In this document: positions 35,307 to 47,846 of the stretch, in pieces | Numbering within the stretch: position 1 is the first letter of the stretch | How the letters are laid out: every line of letters starts with the position of its first letter | Origin: Oikopleura dioica | Lineage: Eukaryota; Animalia; Chordata | Direction of reading: 5' to 3' | NCBI GenBank assembly: GCA_907165135.1 | Contig: OU015566.1 | Location: 1,922,001-1,986,000, forward strand | DNA length: 64,000 bases | The notes under the pieces: model-generated | The model's input: the letters and a program-made list of their open reading frames with translations, nothing else | Told to the model about the DNA's origin: nothing | The model's database searches: none | Program-made: the position numbers and the translations under genes

Positions 35307-36585
35307 ATGGGATTTTCTGCAAGACTTTTGTCAGATGATTTCAGAGATTTAGTCGAGTGCTACTTTTGCAAGTAAATATTTCTTTGCTGAATAGTCATTT
35401 TTGTTATTCTAAGGCTTGTAATAGAAGATGCTGTTGCTTTAGGATGTTGCGAAGAACATTGCTGTAGAAGATGTCTTGAGAAAAAGCAAGAAAGAGGACA
35501 AGAATGCCGATGCGGTGAACAAGTAGGTAAATAAAAACTCCCAAGAAAAAAGACCTAATCAAAAAATTAGATTCTCTGATCGAAGATCAGCCGAAAATCA
35601 TCGAACTTCGCCAACTTAACGGCTTTGAATGCTGCCAATGCTTCACGAAACCCCTCGGTTATGATCAACTATCGTGGCCAGGGTTCGGTAATTTGAGCTC
35701 AAGCTAAAACTCATTTTGGCTAGACGCTCAAATTTCCTCAAATTGAGAACTCAAAGTGACTTGAGAAATCATTTTGAGAAGATTTGAGAGTTTTGGGAGT
35801 TTTGAGTTTTTGAGAGATTTGAGAGTTTTGAGTTTTCAAAACTCAAATTAAGCGAGCGCTTCCTTGATTGGCTCATGGATCGCCAGAATTGATTTCTCAC
35901 GTGAGCTCTCATCTCTGAGTTCTCAAAACTCAAATTAAAAAACGTGAGTCTCAAGCTTTGTTTCCTTGAGTTTTAGCGTGAGCTCAAATTACCGAACCCT
36001 GATCGTGGCACATGAGCGAAGAATGCGAGTTCAAAAACGAAGTCAGAAAAATCTCAAAGAGAGAAAAACCAGTGCCGCAAGATGAAATCGTCAAAAGACC
36101 GAAAAGATTCGGAGAAACGGTTTCTAATGATTTTGCGCGAAACAAAATTTCTGAAAAGACAAAATTCAAAATTGGTAAATATGAAAAAAATTTTTGTCAA
36201 AATATTTCTTGATAGGTTGGATTGCTGACCGATATGGAGATATTATTGAACCGAAAACAAAAACCATAACAGTAAACGAAGGTAAGCTCAAAATTCAACT
36301 AATAAAATTCCTCTATTTGGCCGAAAAAATAACGAAATTCTAAGGCGATGATGTGATGACTTTGAGATTAAAGATACGAGAACACTCGAAAGTTGACGTA
36401 AGAAAATCTTCAAATTTTAATTTTGATTTGTTCTTCAGCCGAGATGGCAGTTATTCTTCAACGGAATTTCCGAGAACAAAAAAGAGCTGATCAACAACAT
36501 CGATCCAATCAAAATGTTTGACGACATCACTACTGGAGAAGACGGAATCTTATGGATAGGAAGAAAGAACCACTGGGAAGAATAA
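35307..36585 (+). pseudogene. RING-like plus TRAF-finger paralog 2, interrupted by a MITE
   Basis: MGFSARLLSDDFRDLVECYFCK, EDAVALGCCEEHCCRRC, FECCQCFTKPLGYDQLSW[MITE]HMSEEC, INNIDPIKMFDDITTGEDGILWIGR. Confidence 0.7.
35679..36001. mobile_element. hAT-type MITE, 323 bp
   Basis: 34 bp TIRs beginning CAGGGTTCGGTAATTTGAGCTC (one mismatch); 8 bp TSD ATCGTGGC at 35671-35678 and 36002-36009. Confidence 0.9.
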
Positions 36586-36799
36586 AAAAACTGCTCTAAG
36601 AATGATCTTCAATAACAATAAACTGTCAACTTCAAAAGTCTGAAAAACTCTGATTTAGACATAAATCATTTTCGATGAGAGGATAAGAGGGGTTAATTCT
36701 CCGTCATTATCCGGCGGATAAAAATCAGCGAAGGGGGATAAAATCGCCGATCGACTTTTTCTTTGTTTCAAGGTCCAGTCGATCTTCGAGAGAAAAAAG

Positions 36800-39700
36800 A
36801 TGAAGACTCTGTTTATAGGTTTGTTGTTTTATATGTTTCGAGAGTATTTTCAAGGTCTAAGTGAAAATATAAGACAAAAAATTAGGTCTTCTCGGCCTGG
36901 CGAATGGCCATGGCCGGATGATGTTCCCTCCTGGTCGATCTACTGCTTGGAGATTTGTCGATTCCAATCCACTTCTTACTCCTTATAAAAATATTCTCGG
37001 AATCGAGTATACCGATAATGGAATAAACTGCGGAGGATTGTCCTACCAAATCAGCCAAGACTACCGATGCGGAGTTTGTGGAGATCCCTACGGGTAGGCT
37101 AAGTTTTCTTGTCCTCTCATTTATAAAAAAAAGGAACCCGGAGCCGCGAAAAAACGAAGATGGCGGAGCAATGGGACAAAAAGTAATCGTCGCTCATTTG
37201 ACGCCAAATACAGTGATGACTTCTCGAATCCAAATTACCGCTCACCACAAGGGCTGGATTCAGTTCCACATCTGCGCGCAGAACAATCAAGTTCTTACCG
37301 CTCAAGAGCTCGAAGATTGCCTTCAATCAAATATCATGCAGATTCAGGGGCAGGGAGACAAATTCATGGTTCCTGATCCATCTGCCGCGGATTATGCTGA
37401 ACAGGTACGTTTCCGCTTGAAATTTACATTCTTTTATTAAAAGGGTTACTGGTACGATGTTCCAGTGATGATTCCAGATATCCAGTGCAGCCGATGTGTG
37501 ATCCGATGGACCTATCATGCTGGAAACGGTTGGGGCTGCGACGGACCCGATGATTGCGGAATTGGTAAGGGTTACCAAGAAGAGTTCAAAAACTGCGCCG
37601 ATGTGATGATTTCCAACGACGGAACTCCCCAAACAACAACCACCACTACCACAACAACGACGACAAACAGCGGTCCGACAACAACAACGACCACGACGAC
37701 AACAACATCGACGTCGACAACAAAAGATCCATTGAGTTTCTGCCCTCCCTGGCAAGAAACTTGGGAACGGGCAATTATCAAGTTGACTCAGGCTCAAATT
37801 GATGAGGGCAAAGATGGCTGTACTGATGGAGGTCATATTGGAAAGAAATACTCGAAGTGCTGGATCTCTTGTGAAAACGACTACAAAATGGTCTTTCAGG
37901 ATGATGGGGATCAAGAATCAAACAGTGTCGAGATTCAATGCAAAGCTACTGGAAAGTGGAGAGCTTCCCGACCATTCTAGTAAATCCTCATGAAAGTCGA
38001 ATCTTTTGAAATTTTTCTAGCTGCAAAAAGCGCTGTCCGAAAATGTACAAAAACAAGCCATTCTTTGCCGCTCGAACTATCCATAAATGGCAGCATGGTT
38101 TCGCGATGAAACTCGGAATCCAGCCGGAAATGGACTTGAACACCTGGACAGTTGTTCTTTGGTTCACTGATGAAGTCGAAGCTACTTTGTCTTTCAATTC
38201 CTGGGAGACTTCTGTCACGACCTCAGTCGGTCACCGAGTCGCTGTTTTTACCTCGAATATGTTCAATCAGCAAATTGCTGCTGGAGAAAAATACAAATTC
38301 CTCGTCACAATCGTCGGAGCTGCTCAAGATGATTTGCCAAATTTCAACGTTCGCTACATTCCTGGCATTCATGAAGATCTCTCCTGCCTCTTTGAAGACA
38401 ACTTTGACTGGGTCAGCACGACATCAACAACGACTACGACGGTTTCGACAACAACAGAGGGACCAAGCGATCCAGAAGATCCAAATTTCTGTTTTGGTCA
38501 GAATGATGGGTACTATGCTCATCCAATCTGCGAGAAATATTACCAGTGCCATGCCGGGAATACTTATATTCAGGTTTCTTCTTTTTTTAACCTTTATTAT
38601 CAGGATAAACGTAGACTTGCGCTCCTGGAACCGTCTGGAACGCCGATGCTGGCTACTGCGACTGGGAAATGAATGTCGACACTTCCAACTGCGGCGATGT
38701 GGCTCCACCGGGGCCAACAACAACGACTGCTTCGGCAACAACCACGACCGGCGACGGCGGGGGAGGAGGCGGTTGCCAGGATGACATGACCTATTGTGAT
38801 GGAAAAGCTCCTGGATACTACTCTCACTGCGATTGCAAGAAATATTATCAATGCTCGGGAGTTGGACATCCGACGAATATTCTCGAGTGTCCTGATGGAA
38901 CCCTTTGGAATGGTGTGAACTGCGACTGGGAGGCAAATGTTGATACGTCGAGCTGTGGCACTACGGATCCAGGAACTACAACAACTACTACCACAACCAC
39001 AACAACTCCCTACACTGGCCCCCCAACAACGACTACCACCACAACTACAACAACAACAACTCGAGATCCCAACGCGAAAGAAATGGTGATGATGTGCTAT
39101 TTCATCAACTGGGCTCAATACAGAAACGGTGCGGCGAAACAAATGCCGAGCGATCTCGACCCTCATCTCTGCACTCACTACGTCTACTCCTTTGCCAAGA
39201 TTCCTCAGGGATCGAATCATCTTGAGCCATACGAGTGGAACGATATCTCCGCCTTGTATCCAGCAATGATGCAACTGAAGAATGTCAATCCAAATCTCAA
39301 GATTCTCCTTGCTGTCGGAGGCTGGACTCATGGATCTGGTCCATTTACTGCTATGGTCGCTACTCCTGAAAATCGAGCTGAATTTGTCCAAAACTCGATC
39401 ACCTTCCTCCGAACCCATGGATTTGATGGACTTGATTTGGACTGGGAGTACCCAGCAAATCGCGGATCACCAGCAATTGACAGAGATAGATTCACTTTGC
39501 TCTGCAAAGAATTGAAACAAGGCTTTATTAACGAGGCCAAGAACACTGGCAATCCACAACTCGAGCTCACTGCAGCAGTTGCTGCTGGCTACGCCACAGT
39601 CGATTCCGCTTACGACATTCCCGGAATTTCAAAATGGCTGGACTACATCAACTTGATGTCGTACGATCTTCACGGCACCTGGGAGTTGACACTTGGTCAT

Positions 39701-41598
39701 CATTCCGGCTTTGAGGCGAATTATGGAGACCCTAAACTTTCTACCAAATTCGCGGTTGAGTACTGGCTCGCCGGAGGTGCTCCAGCTGATAAGCTCGTTT
39801 TCGGAATGCCAGCGTATGGCCGAGGGTGGCGAATGCTCAACGGAGCCAATAGTCCTGGTGATCAAGCGAACGGAGCTGCTCCTGGTGGACCTTACATGTA
39901 CAGTGAAGGCTACTGGAGCTACTACGAAATCTGCAATGCTCTGAATACTGGCACTTATACAACAGTCCTCGATCCAGCGATTGGCAGTGTCTATTCTTAT
40001 AGCACTGTTTCAAATGTCTGGATGGCTTATGAAAATGTGGAGACTCTGACCGAGCGATGCGAGTGGGTAAAATCCATGGGTCTCGCTGGTGGCATGTTCT
40101 GGGACACTGCGATGGACGATTTCAGAGGCCAATTCTGCGGCCAAGGCAAATGGCCACTTTTCAAGACAGTCAAAGATTGTCTCTCCCAGCCAGCAGTGAC
40201 CACCACTACTGATGAGCCATACACAGGTCCTCCAACAACAACTACAACGACGACGACAACAACAGTTAGTACAACAACAGATCCAACAACTCCTAACTCA
40301 AAAGTGCTCATGTGTTACTTTATCAACTGGGCGCAGTACAGAAATGGCGACGCTCAACAAATGCCAAGGTAAGAAAAAATCGTATGCAATCCTCTGAAAA
40401 TCTCGTGTTCTAGCGATCTCGATGCTAATCTCTGCACACACTATGTTTATGCATTCGCAAAAATTCCTCAAGGACTAAACAAACTTGAGCCATATGAATG
40501 GAACGATATTTCAGTCTGGGGGCTCTTTTCTAGTTCGTTCTTTAAGCGATCACCAAATTGAATTGATCCACCAAAAAATTCCTAAAAATCATAAAAAGCC
40601 CCATGAAAGCTCTTTACCCTGGTATGATGGAGCTCAAAAACGTGAATCCGGACCTCAAAGTCCTTCTTGCTGTCGGCGGCTGGACTCATGGATCTGAACC
40701 ATTTACAGCGATGGTCGCTACTCAAGCAAATCGAGCTGAATTTATCCAAAATGCAATTACCTTCTTGAGAGACAACGGATTCGACGGACTCGATCTCGAC
40801 TGGGAATACCCGGCTCATCGAGGAAGCCCGCCAGAAGACAAAGATCGCTTTAGTCTTCTTTGCAAAGAATTGAAAGAAGCCTTTATTGCAGAAGCAATTT
40901 CTACTGGACAACCACAGTTGGAATTGACAGCGGCTGTTGCGGCGCCAGCTTCAACTGCGAGTAGCGCGTATGATATTGCTGAAATTTCGAAGTGGCTTGA
41001 TTATATCAACTTGATGAGTTATGACTTGCATGGATCTTGGGAGGCGAACTTGGGTCATCATTCCAATTTTGAGGCGAATTATGGTGATACCCAGGTAAGA
41101 AGCTCAAAAAGAATATGTATCTAATCGTGACAAATTCTTTAGTTATCAACAAAAGCTGCGGCAGAATACTGGCTTTCCGAAGGCTGCCCCGCCAACAAGC
41201 TCGTCTTCGGTCTTCCCGCTTACGGTCGAGGCTGGAACATGCTCAACGGAAACTTTTCCCCAGGAGCACCAGCTAACGGAGCTTGCCCTGCGGGCCCTTA
41301 TCTCGCTACTTCCGGCTACTGGGCGTACTATGAAATCTGCAACGCTCTCAACTCGGGTTCATACACGACTGTTGTTGACCCTGCACTCGGCAGTGCTTAT
41401 TCGTACAGCCATTCGACGAATATCTGGATGGGATATGAAAATGTCCAGACCGTGACGGAACGATGCAACTGGATCAAAGAAATGGGACTCGCTGGTGGCA
41501 TGTTTTGGGACACAGCGATGGACGATTACAGAGGCAAATTCTGCGGAGAAGGAACTTGGCCTCTCATCAGCGCTGTGAAAAATTGTCTGAATAATTAA
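36800..41598 (+). CDS. Secreted multidomain chitin-degrading enzyme: AA15 LPMO, CCP-like, CBM2-like, CBM14, CBM14, GH18, GH18, with Thr-rich linkers
   Basis: Signal peptide then [54 protein letters not shown] (AA15). Two six-Cys CBM14 modules. Two GH18 domains, each with [11 protein letters not shown]. Exon junctions checked are in frame. Confidence 0.88.
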
Positions 41599-42126
41599 AA
41601 TTTTCATCTGCTTCTTTATTTCTGTCCAATATTTTCTTAAAAATTTAATTAGAATTATTATGAAATAAATATGATCAGCGCAAAACGTCAAGTGTTGGGA
41701 GAAAAAACCTTGAGTTTTTTGAAACTTTCTTTCAATAAAAACTTTGTAATTTTCTCAAAACAAATTTGCGACAATTTGTCAAATTTTGCAGAAAACGCCC
41801 GGAGGTTCTTTGACAATTTCTTGTCCATGGACGGCGCTGAAACCCCGAGATCGACCTTCATTTCGATGGAATCATCAGGCGAAGAAAATTTCTCAACTTG
41901 CCGAGAAATTTGACGACGACTGCGTCCTAGAGTTCGATAATTATTACGTTCCCTAATTACTGTTCTGGGCAAAACATGACATTATTTTCCAATAAAGAAT
42001 AAGCATATTCCCGAAGATATTTTCTCAGCGAGGGGCTCATAAATTTGCTCTGCGGGAAGGACACAAAGCGAAAGATTTGTCGAAGTCAATATTGGTTGAT
42101 TTTGATAGTGTCAAGATTGCTCTACA

Positions 42127-43536
42127 ATGGCTCAGCATCGGAGAAAAAATTGTAAAGATAGAAAATGGAAAACTTTAAACTAGAGGACTTTCAGGAAGCG
42201 ACGAGAGTTATCAGAGAATTCATCCCAAGGTTCTTCATTTCAAAAAATTGGGGAAAATTGAAATTTTAAGGACCGCCCTTCATAAGTCACCGAGTTTGTC
42301 CAATCTGCTATCTGCAAAGATTTATCTCAAATTGGAGAATCAAAATGTCACTGGATCTTTCAAAATCAGGGGAGCCATGTATTCAGTAAAAACTTTGAAA
42401 AATATTTATGAAGAATTTATGAAAGGGTCAATTTAATTAAGAAAATAAGCTTTTTTTCATCAAAAAAGAATTCCCTGAAGACCGTTTTGGCGAAAATTAA
42501 CCCGAAAAAGAACCGCTAGCTCTGGAAATCATGGTCTTGCATGCGCTTGGGCGTTTTCTAGAGTCAATACAATTGGAAAAATCTATCTTCCTGAGAAAAT
42601 TTCTCAGCTGAAACTCGAAAAACTAACGAAAACTGGATGTGAACTCATTTTCGTCGATGGGTTTGTTTCAGAATTTCGAAAAAATCGAGAATTGAAAGAT
42701 TTTTGTTGAAACAATAAAAAAAGCGATCAAGTCGAAGTCGAGTTGGCGGCAAAAAATGCAGCGGAAGCAAACAAGAGCAAAGTCAAATTTCTCAGTCCCT
42801 ACAACGACTTGAACATCATCCGGGGCCAGGGAACAATCGGCATCGAGATTTTCCAGCAATGCCCAAAAGTCGACGTCGTTTTTGTCACTGTTGGTGGAGG
42901 CGGGCTGATTTCAGGTTTGAGATTTGCATTTTTTAGCGGATAGATTTGGGTTCTCTTCGTTGATTTCAGCAAAAAATTAAGGAGTTGCTGCGGCGCTGAA
43001 GCTTCAAAAACCATCGATCAAAATCTATGGATGTTTACCAAAGAATTCTCCAGTCATGAAGGAATCTATCGAAGCCGGGAAGATAATTGAAATGGAATCG
43101 AAGGAAACTCTTTCGGATGGGTCAGCGGGTGGAATCGAGCCCGGAGCGATTACTTTCGACATTTGTCAAGTAAAAAAAATATGAATGATATTTTTATTGA
43201 CGCAAAAGTTTAAGGAGTTGGTCGATGATTGGGTAACGGTAACAGAATCAGAAATTGAAGATGCCATTTTCATCGCGCACAAGTCAACTTTTCCCAATTT
43301 TCTCAAAATTTCAACGCTTTTCTAGAAATGAGGAGCAAATAATCGAAGGCGCAGCTGGAGTGGGTCTTGCTTCAATGATCAAAAAAGCGCCAGAAATCAA
43401 GGGAAAATTCGTCGTTTCGATTCTTTGCGGAGGCAATATTGATGAAAAGACGCATTCGAAGATTTTGTTCGACAGAAAGAAAGTGCGAAAAACAAGAATT
43501 GTTCGCTCTCTTGAGGAGCCAGAATTGATTACTTGA
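42127..43536 (+). CDS. PLP-dependent serine/threonine dehydratase (racemase-like) family
   Basis: KLENQNVTGSFKIRGA (PLP lysine), SSGNHG, SPYNDLNIIRGQGTIG, VGGGGLISG, IEGAAG, LCGGNID. Confidence 0.88.
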
Positions 43537-43997
43537 AGTAAATCTGTTTATTTTGTCTGATAAATACAATTATATTTTTATTTGATTTCGATGTTTTATT
43601 CGCTTATTCTTGAGAACGAGTTCGTTTCTTTCCCACCGTCAACAATCTTGAACATCAGTAAAACTAAAGAATAATTATCTTTTCTCTTATAAAATATTTA
43701 CCAAAAACAACCAAAAGAAGCATAAACAGAGCGCTCAGAACTTTCTGTCTGAAATGAGGAGTAATCGTCATCCTCAAAAAAAAAGTCCAAAGCTCTCTAC
43801 AGATTTTTCGCCCGTTTTTTTTTTGAGTTATTTTAGCTTACCGACGAGTTCAATGATTAACTTTGACAAGTCACTGTGCAAAGCTTCCAAAATGAATGCA
43901 AATAAGGCAGCGTCTTTTTTGCTTTTTGAAACATAAAAAGACACAAGAACGATTTATAAGAACAGATGACTTTTTCAACAATTATTTTTTATATAAG

Positions 43998-45359
43998 ATG
44001 AGAGAATTTTACATTTTACTTCTGTTTGTTGTTGCGGGCTCTTTCTACATTTTATTCTTTGGAGAAAATTTTTACAGTTCTTCGCAAGAACTAACTGTGA
44101 AGAAAGAATTATTGCCGAAAAGAAATATTTACTATCTTAAAAGTATGATTTATTTTAAATAAAAATAGATGAAAATATTTATTCAGCTCATAAAACAGGC
44201 AGCACAACGATGCTTAACATGATTTTCCGACTTGCAATCAAGGAAGAACTCAAAATTGGCTTTCCAAAACTCAAGTTGAAAGGAAGAACAAACTATATTT
44301 GCAAACATGTTCCATTTAAACCCTCATGCATAGATGAGGTGCAATATAATGTTATTGCGAATCATCATGTTTGGTCCCCAGGAAAGGGTTTCCGAATTTA
44401 TTGCGTTGGGGCATTTGTGATAAAAAACATGTATAAAAAAATCCTTTGTTACATGTTTTCAGACATAAATTAAACGAACCTTTCTTAAGAAATCGACCGA
44501 GTTCTTCCAAATGCAACGAAAATAACGATTCTACGCGAGCCAATTTCTCAATTTGTTTCAGCTTTTGAATATTTCGGGAAGTCCGTATTTGGTTTCGATG
44601 GAAAGGAAAAGGGTTTTTTGTGTTCTTTATCATGATATTGAAGCGAAATTTTTTTTGTTTAAAAAATTAGCTTTTAGCCTTATTTTGATCCTTAAAAAGA
44701 GCCCAACTGCCGCGGCACTAGAAAAGTATATTGAAAGAACGTCACCAAGCCTCTCCGAGATAAATAATCAATCGACAAAAAATAAGAAAGCGAGGATTGC
44801 GGAAAATACTCAAAACCCGATGGCATTCGATCTAGGTGATGTGAATTCTTGACTTTCACTCGTCGATTTTCTTATCAGATTTTCGCCAAATATATTTTCT
44901 TATGTCAATTATTCATTTTATTTTGTAGGTCTTTCATACATGTACAAAACAAAGACCGAAGATGATCTCGGAGAGTGGCTTGTTGATTACTACGATTTGG
45001 TCATGATCACAGAATACTTTGACGAGAGCCTTATTCTTCTAAAAGAGCTCATGAAACTAGAATTCACGGATATTGTTTATCTTAAGTCAAATTCGAATAA
45101 GAAGAAGAAATTCTCAGAAGATAATCTGAGTAAAGAAACAAAGGCACGACTTTATTACCGCGAAAGAGTTGATGATGCTTTATATAAACATGCAAATAGA
45201 ACTTTATGGAAGAAAATTGAAAAATTCGGGCACGAAAAGATGAAGCAAGAGGTAAAACAACTACAAATCCACTGCGATAATATTGTTGATGATCATTTCA
45301 TGCGTCTTGGCGAATGGGAAGCGATGGCTTATATGAGGAAATTACAAGAAGATTACTGA
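43998..45359 (+). CDS. Galactose-3-O-sulfotransferase family, type II membrane protein
   Basis: N-terminal anchor, LK/xHKTGSTT (PAPS-binding), NPMAFDLG, LVMITEYFDESLILLK. Confidence 0.82.
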
Positions 45360-45464
45360 CTGAGTATTAAAAATTTTTAAAATTTTAATTTGAAATTTTT
45401 TTTTATTCTGTATTCTTATTGCTGCTATCAAAACATTTAATTGTAAACAACCAGATCATAGTTT

Positions 45465-46860
45465 TTATCTTTTATGATGACAGCTTTTTCCTAGACAGTA
45501 TTTTACAAGATCTTTAGCTTTGTGGCAGTATTCACGTGTCTTCGTTATATTCTGATCGAAGCACTCCAAATATCTTTGCAAGTTTGGCAGGGCTTTGTGA
45601 TACGAAACCATCTCGCCGCAGTAAGGCTTTTTCAGAGGATTTCGGAAGGGAGCAACAAGGCCATGATTCGTGTGGACCATTCTGTCATTCATTCTAAATT
45701 TTTGTAGTTAATTCTCATTTCTTCGCTACGATTTAACCTGACTCCATGAATGTTGCCAATATTCTCTAGCCAGCCACCAAGAGATTGCCCTCCAAAGTTA
45801 TTCCCGAATCTTTGGAAATGTTGTTTTAATCGATTCATAGGAAAGGTATAAGAAAATAAAGAATCAATAATCAGATTTGTCTTACCTTACATCAGGGTTC
45901 TTTTCGTCGCAGTTTGGCTGGCCTTCTGAGCTTTTACAGTTTTGAAACTCAAAGGCTTCCAAAAATTGCCTATCTAGGATCGCTGTCTGTGAAAGATATC
46001 TTTTGTTTGCTTGGCAACGCAAAGACAAGCTACTAATTATGGTTTCATGAGAAAAACTGATAACGCAAGACTTGTTAAACAGCATTATTAATTTTAAATT
46101 TCGAAATGATATCTTCATACGAATCTTTCTTACAAAAGTTCAAAACATTTCAAAAAGGCTTTTCCAAAATTTCTTTCATTAAATTCCATGAGATAAGCAC
46201 AAGTTGCGCATCAGGGTGGTTTACTTTTAATTTTGGAAAATTTGGATCACCAGGGGGATCGTTGTCCTTTGGGCCGTTAGGATGCCACCAGCCAAAATAC
46301 ATTCGATCATCGTAATTTTCCATAACAGTCTCCCAAAGATTTGCACATGCGTAAAAATCATCATCTGCTTTGCCCACGATTGTGCCCTCTTAAGTATTCA
46401 TTTTACAAATGAAAATGCTTTCATAGACACTTGCCTGGATAATTTTTAGAAACAAATTCGTACCAACGATAAAGCTTTTCCGAAAAGCCTTTCGCGTATC
46501 CATGAAATGATGCGTCAATAGAAATTATATCCCCATAAGTTTTATTTTCTGCGATCCATTTCTCATTCCATTCATCGATCAGATATTTATGCTCGAATTT
46601 TGAGGATAAAAGCCAGGTTTCTCGCTGAGCAAGTCTGCGGTCAAAGTTTTTAAGATCCCTAAGAATATAAAGATAAATCAAAAAATCTCGACTTACGCTA
46701 GAATTCCGATAACAACTCGTCTTTCTTTTTTTTCGATAATTTCAAAATCAGATTTTTCACTTATAAAATCTTTGCTTGTTTCAATGCTCCCAGTCATGAA
46801 AAAATAAAAAGCTCCAATGACAGCGAAGATAATCAAAATCCAACGATAAAATTCTCTCAT
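45465..46860 (-). CDS. GT31 (beta-1,3-galactosyltransferase-like) glycosyltransferase
   Basis: Type II anchor, RRLAQRETW, ENKTYGDII, EKLYRWY, KADDDFY. Confidence 0.72.
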
Positions 46861-47846
46861 TTTATTTTTAATATACGATTTTCCTGAAGAAAGGAATAAG
46901 TGACAGATGCATTATTTACAGACTGTAAAATGTGTAATCTTCTCACTATAGAAACGCCAAGCATAGGAAAAATGACAATCCTATCAAAGTTTGCATTTCT
47001 TTTTGCAAAAATGAGCATTTTTTAAAACCCGGAAGAATTTTGCAAGATAGCAAATAACTCCCACGTTTCCTTATCATTTAATTATTGCATTGAAGAAAAA
47101 TAAGCAAGTGCGAGTGAGGGTGTAATTGGAGGTTTTTCGCGCATAAAACAGAGAACTTCTCTGAAAACATGGGAAAAAAGGCTTCTCCCTTCTTGGATGA
47201 AGAAGGAAAAAAAAGTTTTTGAAAACCCAAGTTTGTCGCAGTGCGGCTTTTTTGGCAAAATGCTGAAACGTGTGAAAAGTGTGTTTCGGAATAGGATCGG
47301 CGGCTGATCTCGGCCCTTGTCAACCGGACGGCGCTCTCCAGAGTCGCTTATCTGACGTTTTCAAATCGAAAGAAAACCGCCGTTACAAAAACGACGAGTT
47401 CATTTATCCGGTTGACGCCCTTTTTACTGCAAATACTCTATCCTGTCAAAAAATGGCGAAAATTCTAGAATCTAGAGCGAAAGTTAAAAAGAGCCTCTTT
47501 TTTAATCGAAAACTGGAATAAACTTGGTTTTTAAAAAATAGCGATAAAAAATGAATCTAAAAGCGGCGAGTTTATTTTTGTGAGAAAATCACACTTGAAC
47601 AAATTCAAGTGGCCAGTCTTTTAACGCGGCCAGGTTATCTCTACACGTTTCGAATCGAAAATTTGTTCAATTTTGAGGCCTGAGAAATTTTTTTACAAAA
47701 TAAGGTTTTGAATTAGGGAACAGCTGATTTCTAGCGCGCCCCTGGAATATTTAGATTAAGGGAACTCGTAGATAAATGATAAGATTTAATTTTAAAACAC
47801 GATTTTGAAAATAATTTTATTCAGAAATAAAAAAATCGATTTTTTT

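Noticed and set aside
38424-39418. Long minus-strand ORFs of 170 and 272 aa
   Set aside because: Antisense to the well-supported chitinase exons.
37630-40280. ACA/ACG/ACT trinucleotide runs as microsatellites
   Set aside because: They encode the Thr-rich linkers of the chitinase protein.
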